From Scyliorhinus canicula (lineage: Eukaryota), in contig NC_052148.1 of assembly GCF_902713615.1 (NCBI RefSeq), forward strand, positions 81,746,966 to 81,810,965: 64,000 nucleotides of DNA. Direction: 5' to 3'. Numbering within the stretch: the first letter of the stretch is position 1; every line of letters begins with the position of its first letter. The position numbers and the translations under genes are program-made. The notes below the pieces were generated by a model. It saw only the letters and a program-made list of their open reading frames with translations, searched no databases and was not told where the DNA came from. Of this stretch, positions 36,791 through 48,470 are shown one piece after another.

Positions 36791-37176
36791 CCACCCACAC
36801 TGTGAGTCTAAGCCTGGGCTCCCTTTGGCTATGTTATACTATTAAGCTCTGTTTTAAAGAGGACTCACTGAAGCAGTGAAATCACTAATAATGCTGACAG
36901 TTAAAACAGTGGCTAGTTGTTAATGCTGTTCCCGCGGTACTCACCAATGTCACATCACCAAGATGAGTCCATAGCATCAGGGGTGCCCATCCCAGATATA
37001 TAAGTTTTGACCCCAGTTTCTTTGGTTATGTCACAGAGTCTATCAGCTCCCACTCTGTCACACTTCGAGAGTCCAGAAGTGTGTAAATGTCATGGAAAAT
37101 CTTTATAACTCATGAATAAAACACCTAGGGCGAAAAAATAGTTTGTGTAGTGTGGTGCCACTTCCAACAACCCATA

Positions 37177-37373
37177 TGAAAAATGAAATGAAAATGAAAA
37201 TGAAAATCGCTTATTGTCACGAGTAGGCTTCAATGAAGTTACTGTGAAAAGCCCCTAGTCGCCACATTCCGGCGCCTGTTTGGGGAGGCAGGTACGGGAA
37301 TCGAACCGTGCTGCTGGCCTGCCTTGGTCTGCTTTCAAAGCCAGCGATTTAGCCCAGTGTGCTAAACAACCCC
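37177..37373 (-). mobile_element. tRNA-derived SINE (same family as 8965)
   Basis: Reverse complement of 8965-9148 with a (TTTTCA)n tail. Confidence 0.82.
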
Positions 37374-37554
37374 TGATATAACCTATATAACGATATAACG
37401 ATATAAACTATGTTAAATCCCTGGGGGTTAACTGCAGCATGTACTGCCATTTATACAGCACAGGTGACATTCTTCAATGATTTCAATAAGGAAGATTGGG
37501 CGAGTATTGCAGTAGTGACCCGCAGTATTGTCTGCACCTGGGGAATTAAAGTCA

Positions 37555-37665
37555 ATTTGCATAGCCACTCAGCTGATGAAGTAGCTACGCTCCGAAAGCT
37601 CGTGATTCCAAATAAACCTGTTGGACTTCAAACTGGTGTTGTAAGACTTCTTGCTGTGCACACCT
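37555..37665 (+). mobile_element. Penelope-like pseudo-LTR fragment containing a minimal hammerhead motif
   Basis: CTGATGA-agtagctacgctcc-GAAAGCTCGTG...AATAAACCTGTTGGACT...GGTGTTGT arrangement, typical of vertebrate Penelope termini. Confidence 0.65.
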
Positions 37666-38029
37666 AAAAGTGGTGCCACGTGGACAGATTTTTCCTCGTG
37701 AACCTAAGATGTAAACACAATACAAAGTGTATGGGGAAGAGTCATGAGTAGCTTATTTCTTCCAACAGGGACTTCATGAAGCCAGTTCAGAAGTTCATTC
37801 TTGATAGCAAATCCACCTCCATGAACTCTGCATTCTTCATCTAATTCCCCTTTCCAGATGAAAGTATAACTGCCTTAGAATTCCTTGAGCTGCCCCTCTC
37901 TGAGTGATATTCTCTCATTTAGAGTAGATGCTGATGCTATACCGTCAACGTTCTCGGGAGATTAACGCAGTACGACACTCTGGGTTTTCACTTCTGGGTG
38001 TGTTCTTCAGGGCAGCGGGGTGGGAGTCA

Positions 38030-38410
38030 GAGCAGTAGGTCAGCAGGTGAAATAACTGAAGGGCAACTAGTGAATAATAAGGCCAGTAAGACTGAGAGGA
38101 AGATCAGGCAAGGAGATGTTGCTGAACATAGTGGGACTGATGGTCTGAAGTCCATTTGTATCAATGCGAAAAATATAACAGGTAAGACAGATGAATTTAG
38201 AGCTTGGATTAATACTTGGAATTATGATGCTGCTGCTATTATAGCGACTTGGTTGAGGGAAGGACAGGATTGGCAGCTAAACGTTCCAGGATTTAGATGC
38301 TTCAGGCGGGATAGAGGAGGTGTAAAAGGAGTGGGGGAGTTGCATCACTGGTTGAGGAGAATATCACAGCTGTACTGTGGGAGATACCTTAGGGGGCTCT
38401 TGGAGTGAGG
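38030..38410 (+). mobile_element. CR1/HER1 fragment (start of APE domain)
   Basis: GLKSICINAKNITGKTDEFRAWI...TWL...GFRCFRRDR. Confidence 0.75.
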
Positions 38411-38411
38411 C

Positions 38412-40701
38412 AACATGGCTATGAGCGCTGCAAGTTCTGGAGCACAAATCTTAGAACTATTACCAGAATATTGTCGGGTCCATAACCTTTGCACTGTCCA
38501 GTGCCTTCAGCCATTTCTTGATATCACGTGGAGTGAATCGTAATAGCTGAAGACTGACATCTGTGATGCAGAGGACCTCTGGAGGAGACCGAGATGGATC
38601 ATCCACTCGGCACTTCTGGCTCAAGATTGTAGCAAATTCTTCAACCTTATCGTTTGTATGGTTGTGTTGAGCTCCTCCATCATTGAGGATGGGGATATTT
38701 GTGGAGCCTCTCCAAGTGAGTTGTTGAATTGTCCACCACCATTCATGACTATATATCGCAGGACTACAGAGCTTAGAATGGTCCATTTGTTGTGGAATTG
38801 CTTAACTCTCTCTTTCACTTGTTACTTACGTTGTTGGGAAGGAAGTAGCTCTGTGTTGTACCTTCACAAGTTTGACACATCATTTTTCAGTATGCCTGCC
38901 GCTGCTCCTGCCATGCTCTCCTGAACTCTTCATTGAACCAGGGTTGCCCACTGGCTTGTTAGCCATGAGGTTGCAGATTACAGTTGAGTAGAATTCTGCT
39001 GCTGCTGTTGATGGTCCACAGCGTCTGATGACTGCCCAGTCTTGAGTTTCTAGATTTGGTTGAAATGTATCCCATCTAGCATGGTGGTGATGCCGCACAA
39101 CACGATGGGGGGCATCCTCAATGTGAAGACGGGACTTTATCACCATCAGGAATGTGAAGTGGTCACTCCTGCCTCTCCTGTCATGGACAAATGCATCTGC
39201 GGTAGGCAGGTTGGTGAGGATGAGGTCAAGTCTGTTTTTGCCTCTTGTTGATTCTCTCATCACCTTCTGCAGTCCCAGTCTAGCAGATATGTCCTTTAAG
39301 TCCCAGCCAGTTCAGTCTGTGGTGGCGCTACCGAGTCACACTTGATGATGTACATTGTAGTCCTCCACCCAGAGTACATTCAGTGGCCTTCCTCAGTGCT
39401 TCCTCCAAGTGGTGTTCAACGGTACTGATTCCTTAGTTTGAGGTGAACAGAACACGGCAATCAGCGGGAGATTTCCTTGCCATGCCTGACATGATGCCAT
39501 GAGACTTCTGTCCTGCTGGTGGCATATTGATGGTGGTGTCTGGGACATTGTCTGGAAGGCATGATTCTGTGAGTATGACTCTGTCAGGCTTTTGCTTGAC
39601 TGGTCTGTGAGATATCGTCCCCAAAATTCATGTAAGTCCCCAAAAGAGGAATTTGCAGGGTCAACAGGGTTGAGTTTCCCGTTGCCATTTCCGGTGCCGA
39701 GGTCGATGCTAAGTGGTCCATCTTATTTCATTTATTTTTAACTTTGCAGCAGTCAGATTCCCCTGAGTGGCTTGCTCGGCCATTTCAGAGGGCATTTTAG
39801 AGTGAACAACATTGCTGCGGTTCTGCAGTCACGTATGCTGAATTCTCCACATCCTGACACCGAAACAGGGGCGAGAATCCACTTTTGTGCATGGAATTGG
39901 GGCCGGAGCCATTTCCCCTATTCTCTGGGCCTCAAAAAGTGGCGTACCCGGGAAGTATGCCGCGCCGCGTATCCCCGACCTGTGGCCATTGCTGGAGGCC
40001 CGCCCACTATTCTTCGTCCCCGACCGGCCGAAGACCTGACAGCGTGGATCTAATGTGGTCCCAGCCGTTCAGGGTACGTGCGTGGTGTCTGCAGATTCAG
40101 TCCGTGGCCGCCATGGTCGTGGGTGGGCCGATCAGAGGCGGGGGGGGGGCTCAGATGCCTTTCTGGGCAGGCGGTCTGGGTTGGGGCACGGCCTATCGGG
40201 GGCACTATTTAGGAGGTCCAGTTCCGTGGTCTGAGTCTGCCATGGAGCACGGTGCAGCCACTGGAGGCTGCTGCCATGCGCATGTGCGGCCTCTGACCCG
40301 GACGTGCGGAGGCCTGTATCTGCAGCTAAAGCTACTGATTTCATGACGGGTTCCTGCTCGCCCCTGTGCAGGGCAATGAATATGTGGCCTTTTCATGTCA
40401 GTTTTTCAGGAGTGAATGGCCACAGTTTTTACGATGCTTTGGGGACATAGTCCCTGAAACAGAGAATCCAGCCCCCGGTAAGGATGGCAGATTTCCATCC
40501 CTGAAAGCTATCAGTGAATCAGATGAGTTATTATGACAATTGACAAGAGTTTCATGGTCATCATTAGACTCTTATTTTCACATTTTGTATTGAATTCAAA
40601 TTCTACCACTTGCCATGGTGGGACTCAAATCTGGGTACCCAGGGTATTACTCTCGGTCTCTCGATAACTAGTCCAGCGACAATACCACTAAGCCATTGCC
40701 T
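38412..40701 (-). mobile_element. Second copy of the tRNA-headed LINE (5' half), with MITE insertion
   Basis: Collinear with 33068-34800; STRGKNRLDLILTNL...GRSDH; head TGGCTTAGTGG at 40695-40685. Confidence 0.82.
39836..40474. mobile_element. Harbinger-type MITE
   Basis: GCTGAATTCTCC ... GAGAATCCAGCCC termini; interrupts the LINE 5' region. Confidence 0.7.
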
Positions 40702-42691
40702 CACCTTCACCATTCGGTGAAGCCGCCTGACTGTGGGGTTGATGGGGCCCTCCTATTCAGACACCCCTGTGGCAAGGGCCATCTTTGCTTGATTATTCCC
40801 AGGCCTCTTGATCATCACCTCTCCCCACCCCTCCCCAGCTCTCCCATCCTGACTGAGACAGGTCAGACTGGCCCCAGGGAGCCCGGCCCACTTACATGTT
40901 TATCCAGCCTCCATTGTAGTTCCCGCTTGCTCTGGCTCTGCTGTGAGAAAATGATCCACTATCATTCCATTATTCGTTTTGTGACAGCAATATATACAAT
41001 TATTGGAGTAAATAATTGGAGTACAAGTTAAAATAACAGAATGGATAATTCATTCCAATCCTGGATTTTTTGACCATGGAGTAAACTTCGATTCATTAGA
41101 GCAGATATAATTTGAACGTGTAATTGTGTGATAGGATTAAGCAGCTCACCACCACCTTTTCAAGGGCAATTAGGGATGGACAATAAATGCTGACCAAGCC
41201 AGTGACGCCCACTTTATTGTATTCACGATTTTCTAATTTAATAATTGCACACATAAGCTTAGAGGTTCAAACTGCAGAATAAGAGCATGCTGATTTATTT
41301 CCTGGCTGAGTTAGTTCAAATACACAGATATACAAATGTATTTCAACAGCTCCAAATCAAGGACAGGAGTCTGCTGCCTTTTGCATTTGCAGCAAGCCTA
41401 ACTAGACATTGGACTTATGAAGTTTATGACCTGGTTGTCATGGCAACTGTTGCAGCCTTGTGGTGCAAAATAATACTGCCATCTGAAAGTGTAAATGTAG
41501 CAGTCTTATGACTGCAGGACTGTCTTTTGATTTTCTTCCAAAGATAAATAAGGTGCAAACAGATTTATACATGTTTTCACTGACCACGTATTACACCAAA
41601 AAAATAAATCATACCAAGAGCTCAGTTTGCACAGAACTTAACTTTTAATTTGAAGTTATAAATAATTCCATTTGGAGGAATGTGCATATCTCTGATGAAA
41701 ATGGTTGTCAATGATTGTCTGCCGCCTGCTTTTGCTTTGGCAGAAAATCTGAGGAATCTCCCGAGTAAGAGAATAAACAGGGTTTCTGCTGAAGTTACAG
41801 TGGAGAAGGAGGAGGATCCCCAGGCAAATTCTACCTTCTTTCATGTCGCAAAGCCTTTAATTCTGCTTCCGCCTGGCTTTGCTTCTTTGTCTTTTTCTTT
41901 CTCATTTAACTCCCTGCTTTTGATGCGCCCTGCACAATATGTCTTCTATTCTCCGTCTCTGCTTTAATTATTTTTTTTTCTTATTTGATGCTTTACTAAT
42001 TGCATTTTATTTTTCCACTTTGTTCGCACTATTCATTCTACTTGTTAATCTATGTTTTAACTGTCTGATGTGTTTTCCTACATTGTCGTTTTCCACATGA
42101 TCTTTTCCCCCACATATTGTCTCTGATCCTTGCGATATTCTGCTCTGTGATATCCTGAGCTTCTCCAAACTGTGTTCAGTTTCATCTCGGTAGCCTCCTG
42201 GCTCTATTAAACTCTTGACATCACCTTTATAGCCTGCAGGGTTTGTTGGAACTTCAAATAATTACTGCTTCCACATTTATTATGTTACTTTAATACATTC
42301 TAGTCGATCTTGAATATTGTATACTGACATCTTGAGTGCATGTTCTGTTGTTTATTGTACTCATGCTGTAGCTCAAACTCAACGGGGAAAAGACGGATAA
42401 GGTTGTTCTGTAATAGACTTCTATCTTGGACTCCAGTTGGAAACTTGGTTAGCAGATGGATGTGAATATACTCTGGTATCTGCTTAACACTTGTCTATAA
42501 GTACAACATCTAAAGAAGTTACCTAGAGAGGACATGTTGCTCTCTCAGGTCGAACACATGACTGACTGCTGCAAATGGTACATCAACATCATACATTAGC
42601 ATATCCCACCTGTTAACTTTTTGTACTACAATCACCACCTCTCCCCCCAAACCCCAAATATACTATCCTACATTCAACAATACAAAACTAT

Positions 42692-43327
42692 GGGTGGGAT
42701 TCTACGTTGCATGACGACGATATCGTAATCCACGATCGGGCGGAGAATGAACTCCAACGGCCAATTCATTGTCAACGCCGGTATGATGCCGGTCAACCAT
42801 GCCCCTCCCCCTTGGAAATAGCGTAATTACGTTGCACACCGCACACTGTTGCAACAGCATTGGTGCATCATTGCCGGCCCTCCCACGATACTCCGCCCCT
42901 GATGGACCGGGTTCCCGATCCCGTGGGACACATGTGGTCTCAGTGGTCGGGAACCTGGCATGGCAGCTGCGGACTGTGTCCAGCACTGCCACTCTAGGCT
43001 GGGATCCATGCCGCTGGCCGGGTGGCTTCCGCGAGGGCTGGGGGTGGGCAGGGGGTGGCCTGTGAGGTCGCGGATGGTGGGTCAAGTCCACACACGACTG
43101 GCATCATGTTGCACGGTACAACCGCTGCAGGGTCATCAGCCGTGCGCATTCACGTCCCGGGAACCGGTCATTCTCCGGCCATTTTCGGGGTGGGAGCTGG
43201 GAGTTTCACCCAGCGCCGCTGCTAGCCCCTTACTGGTCAGAGATCAGTGCTGATTTTTTCATCGCAAACCTCCCACAAATTCTCCGTTCGAGCTGGCACT
43301 CAGCCTCTTAAATGGAGAATCCAGTCC
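42692..43327. mobile_element. Harbinger-type MITE
   Basis: GGGTGGGATTCT ... GGAGAATCCAGTCC termini. Confidence 0.7.
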
Positions 43328-43520
43328 GAAGTCTTTAAGTATTTACATTTTATTTGTGTAACTCCCCTTTTACAGCTACAGATTCTTCCAACTCTTCCCC
43401 ACCCCAAGTCACAGCCTTGGGGATTCAATCTCCCTCAGTATTCTTGGCCTTCAGGGAAGGCATGTTGGAGGCATGAGAGCGTTATTCTGCATCTGGCAGA
43501 TCATCATCTGCAGAATAGGA

Positions 43521-43620
43521 CATCAGCCGTGCGCATTCACGTCCCGGGAACCGGTCATTCTCCAGCCATTTTCGGGGTGGGAGCTGGGAGTTTCACCCAG
43601 CGCCGCTGCTAGCCCCTTAC
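43521..43620 (+). repeat. 100-bp direct duplicate of 43134-43233
   Basis: Identical except one substitution (CCGGCC vs CCAGCC). Confidence 0.92.
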
Positions 43621-44098
43621 CATTCCCGCGTGACGCTTGAATGTGCGGCCTTGACTACAGTCGTCAAGAAATCATCCAATCACAGGATCCAATCACCACC
43701 TGTTACCAGGCAATACCGCCTTTTGGCCACCAACCAACCAATCAAATCAAGTCCCACCCCATCTCTTGGGTGCCACAATGTCTGAGTCCTGTTGTTCAAA
43801 GCTAGCAGAGTGTACTAGTTTGTAACTTTTAAATTCCTTTTTTCCCCTGCTTGACTTATAGGTAGGTATATATCCACTTGGCATCCTTGGATCAGAATGA
43901 TAGCAGCAAAAATAAAGAAAGGGGAAATAGGGGAATCAACAGGAAGAACCCTTACAGAGGATAGGTTTCAGGAATGACTGAACAGTAAGGCCAACACAAC
44001 TTTTCAACAAAAGACTGATCCAAAAGTGAGGACTTGAATGGACCTTTAGACCCTGGAACATGTTGCTCCCTCAGAACACACAGGGAAAGAGCTCCAGG

Positions 44099-44601
44099 AG
44101 AGGAGTGATCTTCAACAAACTCAGCCCAATGCATCATGCAAGCTTTCCACCCCAACATTGATTCTGTATACACCTCCAGCTTCCTCAGGAGGGCAGACAG
44201 CATTGTCAGAGACCCCTTACACCCAGGCATTGCCTTCTTCCAGACCCTTCCATCAGGCAGAAGGTACAGAAGTCTGAACAGCCGCATATCCAGACATAGG
44301 AATAGCTTCTTCCACACAGCTACAAGACTCCTCAACAACTACCCCTCGGACTGATCGGTTCCCTGTAAGAACACTATTCATGACGCCCTAGGCTACTCTT
44401 GCTCATATATTTGCTTTGATTGGCCCCTTGTTCTGCACTGTAACCAATCACTGTTTGTCGATATACCATTTGTCAATGTTCTCTGTTAATTATTCTTTTT
44501 GTCTACTATGTACGTACTGTGTACGTTCTCCCGACTACAGAAAAATACTTTTCACTGTACTTTGGTACATGTGACAATAGATCAAATCAAATCAAATCAA
44601 A
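44099..44601 (+). mobile_element. Rex1/Babar-like LINE 3' fragment
   Basis: DSVYTS..LRRADSIVRDPLHPG..FQTLPSGRRYRS...RNSFF..ATRLLN C-terminus; tail TTTTCACTGTAC...CATGTGACAAT plus (ATCAA)n; candidate TSD CTCCAGG. Confidence 0.78.
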
Positions 44602-44662
44602 CTCCAGGGAAGATTGTTATAGCCATATCATTCATTGCTACATTGATGTCTGAAAACGCATT

Positions 44663-45263
44663 GGCCAGAATTTTAAGTTGATTGGGTGAACATACGCCTA
44701 ACCCGGAAACGCATAAAATCATGCGAGTAGACGTTGGGTGCGCGTCCTGATGCTGTTGTGGACTCAAACAATATTTTGGTGGGCAGGCCCACATGAGAGT
44801 TGCAAGCACACCCACTGACAATCAAACCGGTAAGTTAGCCTGTTAAGGGACCAATGAAACAATTTTATTTGGCTCAGTTGCTTTTACGGTCAGTGGGCAG
44901 GCCAATTGGGCAGGCGGACTTTACGTTTTAGCTTCAACGTCGATCCAGGGTGGGACGTAATGTCAGGGTTGAAATAAAATTTATAAAGTTGTCTGGGGAT
45001 AGAGATTTGTGTTTGAATGTGCTGCCTGGACACTTTGCAGGGAGCACAGTGGAAACACTAGCCCGCATCCTCCCTTTTCCTCAGTGTCCACCCTATTCCC
45101 ACCCTCCCTGGAAACACTCACAGAGCAGCTTCACGCTGGATAGCTGTTAATTGACCAGCCGGCGTAATATTACTCTCCAGGGCAGATCACATCTTGGAGT
45201 GTATTTCACGCCCACTACTAAGCCCGCTGAGTGCACGCCCCCGATGGGTGAAACATTCAGGCC
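44663..45263. mobile_element. Old MITE
   Basis: Imperfect TIRs GGCCAGAATTTT ... AAACATTCAGGCC. Confidence 0.5.
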
Positions 45264-45564
45264 ATTGAAGATCTGAGATTTAAATGAACTAAGACAACAA
45301 AGAAAAAAAACCACATTCCTGTTAGACTATCAGAGGAAGAAGAGAGGATTTCCCAATGATATTTCAGGCGGACTGTCGACTTTCTGTCAGCAGTGGTAAG
45401 AAAGCCACCATACTCCTTTCTGCATGAGGTTGCTTCACTATGTGCAACGGGAAAAATTACTGAAAATATGGAGACAAGACACTCTGGAATGAAACAAATC
45501 TCCTATAGACACTGTCCTCAGGGACAAGGTTGCAGTAAGGATCCAGCAGCTTCAGAAGTGCTAT

Positions 45565-45811
45565 GAGCGGCACGGTAGCACAGTGGTTTGCACTATTTCT
45601 TCACAGCGCCAGGATCCCAGGTTTGATTCCCGGCTTGCGACACTGTCTGTGCGGAGTCTGAACATTCTGCTGGTGGGTTTCCTCCGGGTGCTCCGGTTTC
45701 AACCCACAAGTCCCGAAAGACGTGCTCTTAGGTAATTTGGACACTCTGAATTCGCCCTCTGTGTACCCGAACAGGGGCCGGAATATGACGATTAGAGGTT
45801 TTTCACAGTAA
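45565..45811 (+). mobile_element. Chimeric SINE: HE1 head/V core plus the tail of the 8965 family
   Basis: GCACGGTAGCACAGTGG head, GGGTTTCCTCCGGGTGCTCCGG core, then AACAGGGGCCGGAAT...TTTTCACAGTAA. Confidence 0.75.
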
Positions 45812-48339
45812 ATGCTTACCAAACAGCTGGCTCCTTTCCTAACATGGTGAAATAGGTGGTAAAAGCAAAAGGAAACAAGCACTTCTTCCCCCCTCACCAA
45901 ACTCCCCCGGTCTCCAAACTTTCATATATGCACTCAGTTCCTCAGCTGCACTCATTTCCCAAGGCTGCACTCAAGAACTCTGAGTTTAAAGTAAACGGAA
46001 CTAGGTCTAGAGAAACCAGATTCAACCAGTTAGCTAATTCACTACCCAACTCTCTCAGCAGATTCTGTTTACCTGTCGAAGGCTGGAAGAAAGCACATTC
46101 CAGTTACTGCTAATGACAGACTAGATTGGATTTTACAAGAACAATATTAACACTTTAAACTCCCCCATTCACCAAAGTCTCAGGTATACACACAGTTCCT
46201 CAGCTGCACTTCTTTGCCCATCTTTGGTTTGTAGAAAATCAGAGAGATTTTCATCCTGGACATGGATTATGCGATCATGAATTACCGCTTAATTCAGTGC
46301 TCCATAGTTTAAGAACTAGCTAGGCAATGTAGGCCGATTAAAAATAATTCAATCAATTCCCAGGTTGTTCTGACAACTGGTTAAAATATGCACATTTGTT
46401 TACCAAGTTCTACTTTGGGCTAAAGTAAGTGTCAACGTCTTTAAGAATAGACTCAAAGTCCTTGGTGGACTCCTGCACCCCTTGCCTTAGGAGAATGTCA
46501 TCTGCTGCTGGACGTACTGCATAAAGAAAGGAACTAACGTGAAGCTTTTGTTCATTTTTGTAATGGCCTGACTCTTCTTGGTACAAGAGATAATGGCATT
46601 TACTCATTGTTCACTGCTGCCTCTCTCTCGGGCCTTGAGGCTAGGTAAGAGTGGGGACAGCTCACGAGATGTGGTCCTTACCTATCTCCAATGTGTGACA
46701 TTTTTAAAGAATAGGCTTGCAGACCACAAAAGTACAAACAAACAAGAGCTTTATTGGAAAGATGTTTTCTCACAGGCTGCTGGATCAGACTGACTGTTAG
46801 CCCACCCAAACTGCTGATGACTTTATCAATCTGTCACGTGATCACATTTTTAAAGTGACCTTGTTCCAACTGGGAACAAACAGGAATACACAAAACTCTT
46901 CTCCCCCTTTACATCAAGAGGTTCCTGCAATGAAACACAGTATAACGTCAACAATCAAATTCAAATTATGAACAATTACCAAACACAACAGTCAACAAGG
47001 TAGACATTTTGGAGAACGTCAATTCCTGTGTGGCTGTTGGCAAACCTCAGGCATTTGCTTTTTCAGGTTGACTGTAACCTCTGCTGTTTTTGGTTGAGTT
47101 TAGAAGTCATCCATAGTTGTCTCAACCGGAATTGGCATAGGATTTGGAGGTTGATTCGGTGTTGAAATGTCCTCAACTGAGTTCCTAGTTTCCTCAGTTG
47201 ATTCAAGTGTTTTCAGGTTCTCAGGTATTTCTCGGTCTTCATTTGGCACAGTTTAGTGCTGACTCTTGGTTAACTCTGCCTCTGGCAACCTTGTTCTAGC
47301 TGCTAAAAGTTGGTCAGCATGTCTTCTCCATACAACATCATCCTGAGTTTGAACAGTGTAGGAGATCGGTCCTGTCTGTGCCAAGACAATAGCAGGTATC
47401 TACCTCTCACTGGTGGCGTAGTTCCTGGTCAATACCTCTTGACCTTTATGAAAAACATCAGCATTTAACCCTGTTTTCACATCGTACAACCTGCTGTTTC
47501 CTCTCAACAATTTCTCTTGTTTTAGGTGGGTTCTGCAAATTAAATGCCGTGCGTAACTGACGCTTTAGCATGAGTAATGCTGGAGAATTTTAGGTTGTCA
47601 AATGAGTTGTATTACTGTCTGTCATCAGGAATTAGCTTAGTCATTTTAACAATGATCCTTGCTTCTGTGTTATCTTCAAAGAATTCTTCATTGTCTGAAC
47701 ATACCTTACAGCCAGCCCATTTGTGACAGGACAATAAGGAGCAAATCAGATGTGTTGGATTCTGTTCTCCTTTCGATAATTTGTGAAACTTGTGAAAGGA
47801 ACTGTAGCCAATTGTTATTAACAAGTTGATCAGAGTAACTGAATCTTCCAAAACTCTTACCCAATCTTTCTATTGTTATCTCCGAGAAAGTAGTCTCATA
47901 AGGGCGACATCAGGCCATTTTGAGTGCGAGCCGACCACAAATGAAAAACATTTTTCCTTTGAAAGATCGAACATAATCTACATTAAGCCTTTGCTATGGC
48001 CTTTCTGGCTACTTCCGTGGGTGAATTGGCGCTGGTGGCGGGCAGGTTTCGAACCTTTGCACAATCTGAACACACGCCCGCCCTTCTCCTCAATTTCACT
48101 ATCGAGCCCTGGTTATCTCCTTCATTCTTACTATCCCACATTTACCCTCAAGAAGTTGGTTTCGGACACGTTCCCTTGAATGATTCCCTCATTCCCCAGA
48201 GGAAACAACCAGCCTGAACACATAGTTTGAGTCTTCAGATAACGTATGGCTTCAACTCTGGGTTTGCTTGTGCGGTCTTGCCACAAAGTAGCATGCCCAT
48301 ACCTTCTGACAGTATTGGATTATTTCTGTTCTAGTACTT

Positions 48340-48470
48340 AACTTGTGCTGTGTTAGGTTAGGTAGAGTTGCAGGGATGTGGTGGGGGAGTGGACCTAAGT
48401 AAGGTGCTCTTTTGGAGGGTCGGTACAGACCCGATGGCCTCCTTCTGCACTGTAGGGTTTCTAAGGATTG
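48340..48470 (+). mobile_element. HE1 SINE 3' fragment
   Basis: GGTGCTCTTTTGGAGGGTCGG...GGCCTCCTTCTGCACTGTAGGG. Confidence 0.65.

Noticed and set aside
37373-37412. Short (GATATAAC)-like tandem
   Set aside because: About four degenerate units beside a SINE; ordinary simple repeat.
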